Part shown: positions 51,277 to 64,000 of the stretch, one piece after another
Numbering within the stretch: position 1 is the first letter of the stretch
Layout of the letters: the number at the start of each line of letters is the position of its first letter
Assembly (NCBI GenBank): GCA_013239625.1
Contig: MU053369.1
Location: 159,479-223,478 of the forward strand
DNA length: 64,000 bases
DNA from: Lama guanicoe
Taxonomy: Eukaryota
Reading direction: 5' to 3'
Notes under the pieces: model-generated
Told to the model about the DNA's origin: nothing
What the model saw: the letters and a program-made list of their open reading frames with translations, nothing else
The model's database searches: none
Translations under genes and position numbers: made by a program

Positions 51277-54200
51277 CTGTTGAAGGAACGGACACACAAC
51301 ATGGAGATGTGGATGGATGGAAGGACAACATCAATTCTTTTATTCCTGTAAAGAGAGAGGGGCAAATGGTGAACTAAATCCCAAAGAGAAAATTTATTCA
51401 TGGTAATAATAATGTTCAACAGTGAAAGAATCCAAACAAAAGGCAAATATAAAATCTCTGGTTAGAAGTCTCATTACATCCTGTTTCTTTCACGTATATA
51501 CCCTTAGTAGGAATAACATACTTAAAAATCTTTAACCAACCATAGTTATTTGCTGGTAATAAACCTGGGAATCTTGAAGCATACTATTCACTCTCAGTGT
51601 TGAAATAGTACAATCTTGGAAGATGATTTGTCATTGAGGATTAAGAAAAAGAATATTGTGATTGTATATAAGAATTTAAAAAGGAATAAGGAATGTACCT
51701 TTGGGAAAGCTCTGCATAGAGAATGTTGGAGGAAATGCACTGAAAACAGGCAAGTGAGCAAGCTCCCTTGAGTCTGGGAAGGTGAGTGCAGCACATTCAG
51801 AGAGTCTATGAAGTTATGACAAGTCACAGAAAGGTATGCAATTAAAGTGTCTTCCTAAGCAAAATATCCTTCTTCAGGAATTTTTATCTTGATATTTCTA
51901 TGGTCTGTGTCATAACAGGAAGTCAAAGTTATGGTGGTGGCTTAGAAGTCCTTTTCTCTCTGTCTGCAATTTACAGGGCGTTGCTACAGACGGGGCAGCA
52001 GAGATCTGTGGTAAGCTGTTCCATGGGGTGGGGGAGTGGTTAGAAATGATAAGGCCAGAGATCTAAAAGACTTTTAGACCCTCCCCTCCTAACTGGCAGA
52101 CCTTTAAAGTAAACTAGCACAGGTATGTAACTAAGACAGTGGATGAGAGGCAAATTTATAGTCCCTTTAGCGTTACTGTTCAGTCAAGGGGTAGGGACCA
52201 CTCTGGGCAGGAACGGCAAGACCGTGGATGGGGTGGATGGGTAGGAGGAGCTGACATTTGCTCTGACCTGAGAGGCAGGGGTGTGTTGCAGAAAAGCCGA
52301 CAGTGCTGGAAAGATGGAGCAGGTCCACAGCCCAAAAGGAGCTGTCATATTCAGGGAGGTCAGAGAGCAAAAACCAGAGTTAGTGATGCCACAGGTTCAG
52401 CAGCGTGGCAGCAGTGATGTCAGTATCTGCATCCATAGCTCACCTAACCCTACATGAACACATCTGCCTACAGGGGGCAGGTAAGTAGCAGAAATGTGTG
52501 GAGAAAATTGGCAACATCCTAAGGAAACGTACTGCTCACAGTCACCATATTGGAAAGAGGGCCCCACACTGTCAGATCTCCTTCTCATTCAAGAGAAGCC
52601 AGAAATTAAGACGTTATTAGCAATCAACCCAGTTCAAAACCCAGAAAATATACCATTTATAATGACAACAAAGGCACAGACTATTTAGAAATAAATTAGT
52701 GAAAAACTTTAAGATGGTTCTGATAAATGACTTAAAAAAAGAAAAACAAATGATGATTGAATGAGCAGTAGAATGCACCATACTCTTCACTGGGCAGATT
52801 CAAGTTTGGGGGACATAGCCAATTTTTTCTCCAAAATAAATTTAGAATCTGAATGCAAATTTAGTTAATAATCCCAAATGGATTTAAGAAAACAAGCTGA
52901 AAGGTGATCCTAAAGTTCTTCCAGAAATATACACAAATATACAAGTAAAATAATGAGGAGGGATGGTTGAATTTGTAGTATTAGTGACATTCTGGAAAAG
53001 GATAAAAAAGGACCAACTCTAGGAGGTATTAATCTATGGTCATGGAAACAGTTTAGAAATAGTGCACTGAGAGTATGAATGAAATAGAATGTATTTCAAG
53101 AATAGACACGGAAATTTATGAGATTTTAGTAATATTCTAAAACTGACACTTCAAATCAGTGGATTCATGTACTGGAGTAATGAGCTAAATCATTGGAAGA
53201 CCTGGTACAGTGCCCTCACTTTTGACATTAAAGTAAATTCCAGATAATTTTTAAATTAAAAAATAAAACACCAGAAACAACCCAACATGATTTAATCTGT
53301 TCAGATTTTCAAGCGAGAAGAACTTTCTAAAAAGCTTTCAGAACAAAGATCAAAACAGCAGAGGCATAGCAACTCAGCAAGGCCAGAAACGCCCAGTGTA
53401 AAACAAAACTAACCCTTGCCCAACCCTCTCTCACGGCCCTGTGTTGCTCTCTGATACTTTCTACACTTTCTTGTTCTCTTTAAAGTCCAGTTTCTTGGAG
53501 AAGTACCTGCGCTGATTACTCCTCCAGGGCTCAGAGCCCTGCAGCCCCCACGGCCCTCACCGCGGCACTGAGACAGGAATTGCACTGCTGGTGGCTGCGT
53601 GTTCCAAAGCCAGCGGTCATTTTCAGTCCCTGTTTATTTGACTACCAGGTAGCTTTTGCCATGGACAAATATTTTCCTCTCTGTGGATTGTTCCTCCCTC
53701 TTGATTTTTGTTTTACTTAAATAAATTTAAAAAGCCCAGGCAGAAAAGTGTGTGTGCACATATGCACACACACAGATACACATAGATATGTTTTTTAAAG
53801 GCTACCTTAGTCTTCCTCCTCCTTTTCCCCAGTCTCAGCAATTAAAGGTGGGTTTTAGCTCTTGCTTTTTTGCCCCACACACCCCCCTTTCTCACTATGT
53901 TCCTTTTAGTCAGCGTTCAAATCCCTCTTAAGCTAGGTTACAGCCTTCTCTGTGTTGCCTCAACTAGTTTTCTCCCAACTGCTCTGCTACTCTTCTTTCT
54001 CTTGGTGGATTTCTCTTCTCCCATTTGCCATGTACATGGCCCTTTTCCCCAGGGCCTCATCTTCAATCTGCCTGGCAGGACTGAATCACCCCCATGGCCT
54101 CACCCACAGCTCCTCTGAGCTCCTGACTGGTGAATCCAGCTTAATAACAGACATCACCCCTCAGATGTCCCATAGACATATCGCAATCAAAATGCCACAC

Positions 54201-57200
54201 ACGGAACCATTTCCTCAAAGCCAGCTCCTCCCCTTACACTCCCCCTGCAGATCCGCTCTCTGGATGGGTCTTCGGAGGGTCATCTCAGCAATTCTATGCC
54301 CCTCCCCCTCCTCAGCCACACAGGCACCTCCACAGCACTTACCACGTCTGCCTCCCGTGTCTCTATCCCTCTGTCCAGGGCCTCTCTGCAGGAGTGCACC
54401 ACTTGTTGTCTGGGTTACCCAGGGTGGCCCCTTGAAATACCCTCTTCCCCCTAAAATAGTATCTTCCATTCTGCTTTCAGAGTAACCAGGTCTTCTTCAA
54501 CATAAACATTATGCAGGTTTCTTGCTTACAAATACTCCAATATGTCCATTTCTTTAAGGATACATTCAAGTCCCCTGGCTAAGCATACAAGACCCATCGT
54601 GACGGAGGCCTTGTGCACCTGATATTCCCACCTGTGGATCCTTTGTGCTAGCCCTACTTGCTGTTCTTCAGTCAGGCCAAGCTGCTTCATGCCGTGTGCT
54701 CTTATATGTCTCTACCTCTCTGCATGATGTGTCCACTCCCTCTACCACAAAATAGAGAGCTAACTTCCATTCACCTTTCAAAATCCAGTTCAAATATCTC
54801 CAGCTCTAGGAAGTCCAATTTGTGTTCACCTGCTTAGCAGTCCATCAGTGACTCGCCATGTCTCGCCTGGCCTGGGGAGTGCAGACACCAAGTCTTACCT
54901 TTCTTGGTCTCCCCAGCAGTTGATACAGTGTTTGGCACAGCAGGTGCTCAATGTTTGTTGGATGGATAAATGAATGAATGAGTAAAGAGATGAGAGGTCT
55001 ACAATCCACCCCAGTTACTCAGCCACCATTTTGGAAAGTTCACCCTGCAGAGATAAAGAAATGTCAGTGCAGGTGGTAGGCAGACAGAGCAGAGGTGAGG
55101 GCGTGCAGGAGACAGGACTGGAGAATGCAGGGGGGCGTGGGTGGGATAGCACTGGAGAGAGAGAGGGGATGAAAGGGGTGGGTGCAAGGAGACATTGAAG
55201 AACAACTGATATTAACTGCAGTAAATTAAATGGTGATTATAATATATGAAGGGAAGATCAAGCTAACCCAGCAAGGGTGGGAGAGGCAGTACCAGAGACA
55301 AAGGGGGCTCACATCCTCATTCACTGCATGTCACTCATGGCGCCCGCCTGCTGGGAAGGCATTGCCAAGTTCTTGAGAGACGTGTTTGTGCCGTGGGCAC
55401 TCTGAGTACAAAACAGTGTCTTACGGCTTCCAGATGTTAAGACTTATGTCCCGTGTCTGAGTTCTCAGAAGACAGGATCATTCGCTGGCGGGGGGAGAGC
55501 TATTTTGGTTGACACCACAGTGTTACTCTAGTAATCTCAAAGGATGGTGGGGAATTCACTACAACAAATAAAAAAGAAATTTCACTCAAAAAAATATGCC
55601 ATTTAGAACCTGGTGGGGGCCGTGGGGGCAATGTTACCACCAACTCATCTAACAGTTGTATGTGAGCGTGTTGAAACTCCAAGTTCAAGTCACTTAAACA
55701 CGCATTAGAACCAGGGTCCAGGCCGCGGTGCTCCAGACACGGACGGGAAGATGCAAAGCCTGACTACTGCCTCCAACAGGATCAGTCCAACCGGGGAGCA
55801 CAATGGACACGAAAACGATCACACACCATCAAGACAAGAATCAAGTGCGATTAATGCCTAGAAAGGAGAGCAGAAAATCTGTGTAAAAGGTGGAGAGTTC
55901 CTGCCGAGGCTTGGCAAGAATCCTTCCAGGCAGAAAAGCAGAGAAAGGTATTTCAGACGAAGGAGACCAGGGCTGGTGGCTGTAAGCACGGGTGGAGGGC
56001 TCCAGGGTCATCTGTCAGAAGCTGTTCCCCTTCAGCAGCTAAGAGGCATAGCTAAAAAGGCAGATGGGGTGTCATTAATGATCATGGGGAACATTGGAAG
56101 GAGGAAACTGTGGTCAGGAGATCACCACCAAAGGCACTTTGTTTTAGAGGAACAAAAATAATTCAAAAAGAACTTGGAAATTCTATCTCCCATGAACCAA
56201 AAGAACAAAAAATAGGTTTCATTCCAGCTTTGAATACAGAATAACAGACTGCCTACTCTCAGAAATGGATTAATTTTTCTAATTCATTAGGGATTTTTTA
56301 GATAATAGGAAAACAATTTAATAAATCTGAAAAATCTCTCTAGAATAGGTGTTACTCCATCCTTTCTTGCAGGGTAGGGGGAGGCTGAATTATTTAACTG
56401 GTATTTTAATGAGACTATAAAGTTCTAAAACTCCTATCAATTCCTCCCCAAAGCATATTTTTCCTTCAATGCCCTTTATTTGACTTAATTAGAACAATAA
56501 ATTTTTCCCAAGGTTTTTGTGTGTGTGTGTTAAAATAACAAATAATATGCTGCCCCCAGAATATTGTTGTTATTAATGCTGATAATAGCCCCAATAAGAC
56601 ATATGTACAATTATGACTCATCTTGGAATAACGGGTCATTGGCTGACAGTCCTTTTGAAAATAAGCAGAATAAACAAACAGCTTCCACACCAGGGACTGC
56701 AGCTGCACCCCTGATGAAGCCTGCTCATGAAACACAGCAAAACCAAAACAGACTCAAATCGGACCCCAGGCTGCAAAGCATTGCTCACTGAAGACGCTGC
56801 AAGATGCCCTTTCACTCCCTGAAGGAAGCAGATGCATTTCTATGTATAAAGTATATCTTTAAAAGCAATTATTTTACATGTAGAAAGTGATTTAGTAAAA
56901 ACAAACAAACAGAAACCTCCCTTTATCTGCAGACTTATAAACAGGAAGCACAAAGGGGTGTCTTAGCAAACCCAAACCCCTAGGTGTAAGTGCAAACAAA
57001 GCCTGTCCACCAAAATCCTTTCCTGTCTCCTAAGCTTAAAAAAACTGTAATTCAAGGCAGTGGTGAGCTGAAAGTGCTCAGATACAAAACGTGCACATCA
57101 TCAGCCTTCTAGTAGATAAAAGCGTGCCATGCATAATAGAAGAGATGATGTTTCCTATGGAAATCTGTTTTGAGATGCAACCAAAGGCAACTGAGAGCTC

Positions 57201-57877
57201 AAAACCAAGTTCAACCGAAAAGAAACAGAGCCCAAGCAAATGTACAGAAATGGACAAAGACATTGAAGGAGGGGATCTGTGCTCAACCTTAATCCCAGAC
57301 CAGAAAATTCATCGTGCATTCAAGCCAGTGATGTGCCATGAGGTCACTCAAGGAATCAGGCAGAAACTATCGGCCAGAGGAAATAGGAACAATGTCAAAG
57401 GCAGGTGTGAGATGTGGCAGGGGTGACCCTGTGACCCTTGCTGCCATGAGGCAGGATGCTCCTGTGGGCTTTCTGCAAAGGCTGGCTGGCTCACATGACT
57501 CTGTTTGGAAGGGTATCAGCCAACAGCTGTGCCACACGGGCTACAGCCCAAGCCGAGTCACATCTAGTAACGGTTCTGTGTTCATCCTTAGATGACATGG
57601 TCAGAACGCTCTGAGAATCAATGGTGGAGATGTACCTGAATGAATATTCCATTTCATTCCTTGGCAGTAAATCTTTAGCTTTGTACAACATAAATACTGA
57701 CAAAGATACACACAGGCACCCTATTTGAAAGCCTGACTGCATAATTGCTTCTAATGGAGAAAAGCGGGCTCCATTTCGGTATGCTAGGTCATTGTTTGGC
57801 TCGGTAACCGATGCTTCTGAGACCCAAAGCATATTCTAGTATAACCGACAGCACCGAAATCTCCACTGATGACTTGC

Positions 57878-58001
57878 TCATTTCAAGGTATTCATAAAAT
57901 AACCCCAGTTTGCCCATGGGGTACAGATGGTTGTCCCGCTCCCATCTTGGGGTGGTCTTTTCTGCTCCCGAAACTGTGGCACCATTAGATTCATGACCCA
58001 G
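57878..58001 (-). pseudogene. ANO6: ANO6 pseudo-exon (~exon 16), copy B
   Basis: Minus strand: ggcag|C TGG GTC ATG AAT CTA...(deletion, frameshift)...[32 protein letters not shown]|gcaagt, versus ANO6 WIMNL...[32 protein letters not shown]. 124 bp. Confidence 0.95.
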
Positions 58002-59867
58002 CTGCCAAACAGATCAAATTATAAGGCAGGATATTATTAGACCAAGGTCATTAAAATATTACTGACCTTTCAAGCTGAACACATCATCTTCCCAAGAATT
58101 TAATTTGTTTTCAGGCTAAATTTCTTTTTATTGCTGCCTCCCTCCCCCCAAATGTTTTGAAAACTAGTCCTGACTACGTACCTTGGGTTTACCAAAATTG
58201 TAACGACTACTACTTTATCTCCTACCTCCTTTCAGGTGGGCATTTTAGCTTTCAGAAGATACCTTCCCTCATTTGTCTTTTTTCCCATTTCTCTGCTATT
58301 ATCCACCATGGCCTTTCCAGTCTGAAAATTGTCAGAGAAAATAGGTAAAAGAAAGAAAGACAGGTCTGTGAGCTGGTGATAAGTGCTGCGGGGAAAATAA
58401 AGGAGGGCGAGGAATGTGTGTAGGGAGGAGTGGGGCTGGGGCAGTGACCTTTGAATAAGGCATAGACGGAGGCAAAGGAGTGGGCAGAGGAGGTTCAGAG
58501 GGAACAGTAATCACAGGCCTAGAGGTCCCTCACGCTGGAAAGACAGCATGGAGACTGGTGTGGGCCACAGTGAATAGGAAATAAGTGGTGGTTTTGGAGG
58601 TGGAGCCTAAGAGACCGCAGTGAGGATGTGGGCATTTTTCCCTCTGAAGGAATTGCGGATCCATGGAGGGTCACCAAGCAGAAAAGTGATACTCTAACGT
58701 TGGATCAAACAGGTCCAAGACCCTAATTTAAGCTGAAGAAATCAAGGGCCAAAGAGGTGACATGCCGCCTCAAAGTCAGTGCAGAGCTTGAAAGAAACAC
58801 AGCCTCGACTCGCAGCCCAGTGCTCTGCCCCCTCCTGGATGCTGTCCCACAGAGTTGTCTCTAAGGTTATCTTTTTTCCTCACTCAGAGGCTTGTGGGCC
58901 AACTGAATTCTTCCCCTTTATCAAATGGCAATTTCTCCTGAAACGAAATCGGAGTTGGCAGTGAAACAAGGCGCACACCTGTAGCCTACAGAGCTGTTGT
59001 CCCTGAAAGCAACCGCTGGTGCGTGGTTTACTTGTGGAGTTCAGCAGAAGAGACAGAGCAACAACGGACAACCTAGCGTCTGCCTGAGCTTCGGCTGACT
59101 GCACTGCACGTGTGGATGGATTTCAAATTTGGACAGTGAGGCGGCTTCACACAAAAGGCAGGTGTATACACTGTACATGCACACACGTCTGTATGCACAC
59201 ACACATGGACACACACAGAGTACATGATGTGACTTGTAAAGAGCTGTCCCTGCTAGGTTTCCCACTGCCTCTGATCTCAGCATTAACTGTTCACTGGCCA
59301 TGCTCCCAGGTTTGCTATGCGATTTCTTTGCAATGGAACATGCCCTTCGCTTCACAAACTTTCCCCACTTCTTTCAATGACATTAGGGGAGGAGCAGGGA
59401 GCTCTGGGAAGTGGTGGGGATATGGACTTGAGATACCCCTGAATCTGAATCCACACTTCTTGGCTTTTTCATTGCTTAATTTTAGTTACATTCAAAATGC
59501 CAACTGTTGCAGATCTCAGAAGATGACTGACACTCACTGCTATGGCAGAATGTTGCGGTTAGTAGACCCACCACTGGATCCTCTTATTCAACACGTTCTT
59601 CCAATAATTCATATGTTACTGTATCACAAATTTCCATTTCTATATTTTGATATCTGCTTTTCAGTATAATTATATTCCTTCTTTATTCTCTAAATCTTAT
59701 GATTTTAAAACATTTTTCTGAGGAGTCCACAGGCTCTTTACTTATGATAAATTGATAAAGAGATCCCGGAGAACAAAACCACATTTAAATCCTGATATAA
59801 ACTCAACTCTGTCATATACATGGCTAGATTTAGTTTGCAATTACTTTGTTTAGAAATTTTTGCCTCA

Positions 59868-60047
59868 AACAAGGTCCTATTGTATAGCACAGGGAACTAC
59901 ATTCAATACCTTGTAATAGCCTATGGTGAAAAAGAATATGAAATGGAATATATATGTATATATATGGATGTATAACTGAATCACTATGCTGTACACCAGG
60001 AATTAACAAAATATTGTAGGCCAACTATACTCCTAACAAAAAAAAAG
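59868..60047 (+). mobile_element. Mirror copy of the truncated L1 3' end
   Basis: aacaaggtcctattgtatagcacagggaactacattcaatacct...tataactgaatcactatgctgtacacc...poly-A. Confidence 0.85.
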
Positions 60048-63000
60048 TTGAAATAAAATGGGGAGATGAAACCTACACTGCCCACGGGCTATCAGGATTA
60101 AATGATTCAAAGCAGGCGACGTATTAGCAAACCTCCTAACACATCAAAACCGCATGTGGGATTTTCCTTTTGAGTAGCACAGGCTAACTGGCTGAAGTCA
60201 CTTAGAGCCTTGGCTTGGGGACACCGTGTCAGCAGGGGCCGGTGTCACTCCAGAACCTACGAGAACGAAGGGGACCACTTGCTGCTGACGCTGCTTCCTG
60301 GGCCGCAGCCCGGAGCACTGCCGCTGGTCAAGTATCAGGTCCGGCCGGGAACGTGCAGCGCGACAGCCACTCCAGGGCCCTGCAGTGCGGGTGGCACTGG
60401 GACCACGCTGGTCCATCACCCTTCCTGGCACCCAGACTCGGGAGTCTCCTGGGGGAATTTTTCCCTGCCTCATACTTCCTATCTCAGCCTCTTGTGGAAT
60501 CCGGTCCATGCCCCAGGGAAGCAGGGCTTTTACCCTCCTGGACCCAAATCCATCACGGTCTGGATTCAGGATGGAACTTCCATGCTAACTCAACTGGCGC
60601 TCCCTTCTTGTGCTGAACTGCCCTCCCCTGCCCAAGGCATTAGTTTGTATTAGAAGTCCCGACTTGCTTGTCCTTAGCTAAGACTCTGAGCCTCTTGCTC
60701 AGTCTTCCTGCGTGGAACCACTCATCTGTGGCAGAAAAGCTTGGGCTGTCGTCTACCCATCATGGTCCTAGGTCTTTTGGGTTTTCTGTTGGGTTATGGT
60801 TCTCCTGCAGGGATATCGATTAGCACATGAGAAGCACCTGTAGACATTTTAAAAAATGCAGACATTGGATCCTCCCTCCTCTCCAGCCAAGGCTGGAAGC
60901 TTTCTCCCTCTAGCAGGCGTACACAATCATTTGCTTGGGAATTGACCACACATATTGGCATAATCATAGTAAATTGCCCTTAACTCAGTGCTTGCCATGT
61001 GGCACTTTCTACCTCATGTTGTCTTTGTACCTTCATCATCACATTTAATCTCTGCACTATAGATAATCACCATTCCTGCTGAGGACGTTTCCACTTGCTA
61101 GTCTTGAATACAAGTATCCTTGATTCTTTGAATCTATTCCTGATTTTCCTGTTCCTGAATTTAAAGAGTGAGGGAGGGACACCTGTATTTAAGATTCTAT
61201 TATACGTCTCTGACTCATCCTCTAACCAAATTATATCTGGAGAAGAGAGATTTTCTCTTTTAAACATTTGCTTTTTCTTATTAAAGTAGTGTGTACCCAC
61301 GTGGAAAATGTAGAAAACATATAAAGGATGAAAATTACAGCCATATATTAACTAAACACCAAAGGACAATGCTATGTCATTTTGGGCATTTAACTATTTT
61401 TCTTAAAATTTTATCATAAAATTTCCCGAGGGCAAGATGCTTAACCCTGGAATTGTACTAGCCTTTTGTCAAGTACAAAATTCCCAGAGATGACCCCAAT
61501 TATCAAAATAGTATGTGAGGCTGGGAAGGCCACAGGGCTCTCAGCTTATTCTCTGAGTCCTACAAAGAATGCTGTTAATTCACTGATGTCACGCATTCGA
61601 TGCCTGTGAGTCACTCACTCACTCAGCTGGCTCAGACTGAGATCTACTTTATACCAGGTGCCGATCCAAGTGCTTGGGAGACCCCAGAGGGAACCTGGAT
61701 CGTGGCATCACTGTCCTTCTTCATTTGCTCCCAGAATCCTATTCAAGAACCCCACATGGAATTGGGGGGTGGAGGCAGGTGAGTTATGGTGAAATTCATT
61801 TCATTATGTTCCTTTGGACATATTTAAATAGCATGAAAATAGTCGCTAACTTTGATGAGTTTTCTTTTCCCCTTCTATGTATTTTTGAGGATGGGTATAG
61901 TTTTGGTGCAGCAAGAGTAACTGATAGATCTTTGGTATGTTAGGATTTTATATGGAAAATTAAGAAGGAAACTGGCACCTTATACAAAGAGAAGAGGCAG
62001 TGAGGAAAACACAAGCCACTCTCGAACTTGGCTACCATTCAGCATTCCTGGTTTTCAAAGAAGGGAAACATAATTCAAAATATATTCCCTAAATATTTTA
62101 GCCCATAGTAGAAATATATGGAGGCAAAGTTCAGCTCACTGGAACCTACAGCAATGTGCTTACTTAAGCGAAGGTTTAAACAGACCACAGATACTATAAT
62201 GCATCCTTTACTTTAAACTAGTTCATGTGAGCAAGTTTCATTTCACATGAATTGCTCAGTACCAGTTTAGGAAATATATCCTTCTCCTTGATTGGGAAAA
62301 ATAGCTGATAACCAGATTCAACCAAATTTAGTGTTAAATAATTAACCTATTTCATTCAGGAAACGCTTTTGAGTAATCTGAGTTAAGTATTTCCTCTATC
62401 TGATCTATTTCTTTTCATAGAGAAAAATAGTATTATTTGCACATGAGCTACTTTTACTTCTCTGGAAAAATCTGACTGTGAGATCAGGGTAAGAGTTGTC
62501 TACTGCACAGTAGGGTGAAAAAAAGATTCATTTCACAGCGAAGATCAGAATCTTTTTTTGAGGGGCGTGGTGAGCTGGGGGACAAGGGAAATGCCTTTGT
62601 TTAGAGACAGACCTCGGCAGTTCACACTGAAGCTGGAAGAGGAAGCCCTTGTGAAGAAATGTGGAAGGACACACTGACACCCAAAGGTGTTCACTCTGCA
62701 GAAACAGAAAGAAAGAAAGAAAAAGAATTTAACTGCCCTATAAAGAGAATGGACAGAAACTTGGTAATAAGGGAGAGACAAGGAAGGTTAGGGAAGGGAG
62801 GAGAAACAATGAAAGGGAATTTGGATGTGGTGGGCAGGACAGCAGGTTTCTGGAGCCTACAATGAAGGATAATGGGAAAAAAGTTTAAATAGTTTAAAAA
62901 AAGTAAAAGTAACAAAGTTTAAAATAGTTTAAAAATTAAAAACAAAGTAAAAACAAAGACTTTTTTTTTTACAGTGGCATGAAAGATTTTAAAATGACGG

Positions 63001-63227
63001 AGGTTTTTCATTTCAAAATTCAAGTTGTTTTGAGTTTCTCCTGTGTGCCCCAAACGTCAGTGAGGCCTGCTTGTGTAAGTGGTTTTGGGGGACACCACAG
63101 CAAGTGGTGAGCTCTGCAGTTAGGTTGGCCAGGAGCAGAATGCTTGTGTGGAAGGCAAGACAGAAGAGAGATCAACAGTTTCATGAGAACACAAACTCAA
63201 AGCCAGAAATTATCTTAAAAAGGTTAC

Positions 63228-63752
63228 TGTGGTAGGCAGAAAAATGATCCCCCCCAAGATGTCTATGTCCTAATCCCCAGAACATAGGAAGAGGTCAGGT
63301 TCCCTGGCAAAGGGGGCCTATGGTTGCAGATGCGGTTAAGGTTGCTAACCAGCTGACTGTAAGAGAGACGAGCTGGATCATAGAAGTGGGCCCAGTGTAA
63401 TCACCAGGGTCATTAAAGGAGGAAGAGGGAGGCAGAAGAGGGGAGAGAGGAGAGGAGATGTGACCACAGAATCAGAGTCAGAGGCACACAACCTTGCTAA
63501 TCTTAAAAGGGAGAAAAGAGGTCACAGGCCAAGAGATGAGGCGGCCTCTAGAAGCCAGAAGAGGCAAAGATACAGGTTCCCTGGGGCCTTCAGAGAGGAG
63601 CAGCCCTGCCACACCTTGACTTCAGCAGACTTCTGTGTTCCAGAGACGTAAGATACTAAATTTGTGTTGTTCGGTGGGGACTTTTTCTTTTTTCTTCTTA
63701 CTACCAAGACGTTTGTGGATGTTTGTCACAGCAGCAACAGAAAGCAAATCCA
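63228..63752 (+). mobile_element. MLT1-type LTR, mirror copy in the right arm
   Basis: tgtggtaggcagaaaaatg...gtcctaatccccagaac...gtttgtcacagcagcaacagaaagcaaatcca. Confidence 0.85.
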
Positions 63753-64000
63753 ATAAGCTCCTTGCAATGTGCAGAAACTGCAGATAACCCTGGACTGTCC
63801 ACTTTGATGTGGGATTGGGCTTATGTGGAATCAAAAGGACAGTGTGACCTTTGCTAACATCTGCTTTTCTCATTTTTAGGAAGAGAACATTAAGTCAAAA
63901 CCTATGTAGTTATTATTTCAGACAAGTGTCTCTTAAAACGTTATGTAATCCTGTGCCTTAGGACCACAAGAGAGCCTCTGTTCTTAGAAGCACATGGGTT

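Larger units (their letters stand above)
46571..64000 (-). pseudogene. ANO6: Unprocessed partial ANO6 pseudogene, copy B (intron 15 to exon 18 stub within the window; continues past the window end)
   Basis: Reverse-complement of copy A, with exons at 57,878-58,001, 51,070-51,276 and 46,571-46,591. Confidence 0.93.
46571..64000 (-). repeat. Right arm of the inverted segmental duplication
   Basis: Colinear reverse-complement of the left arm; sums of mirror coordinates are about 86,760-86,930. Confidence 0.97.

Noticed and set aside
58..63873. The short ORFs of the six-frame track as real genes
   Set aside because: They are short, repeat-derived or N-spanning, and I recognise no protein in them other than pieces of ANO6 pseudo-exons (e.g. 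20446-20799, 35316-35700 and mirrors).

Overview
Mammalian draft-assembly DNA with eight N gaps, most likely camelid, judging from Vic-1-like tRNA-derived SINEs and artiodactyl-type L1 3' ends. I found no intact protein-coding gene. The window is dominated by a large inverted duplication: left arm <=22,923-40,207 and right arm 46,571->64,000, running off the window. Each arm is an unprocessed, intron-containing, heavily disabled partial copy of ANO6 (anoctamin-6/TMEM16F). The + strand carries exons equivalent to about human exons 11-18 (13,956-40,207); the - strand carries exons 16-18. Both copies are cut about 20 nt into exon 18 and fused, at the same monomer phase, to a ~249-bp tandem satellite. 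The ~6.4-kb satellite spacer switches orientation at 44,957-44,958. Arm-to-arm identity is a mosaic, by eye from about 80% to about 100%, including a ~5.9-kb near-identical block that holds exon 17 and a solo ERV1-type LTR. The first ~13 kb is ordinary repeat-rich sequence. Exon numbering and reference peptides come from my recollection of human ANO6, not from a database search.
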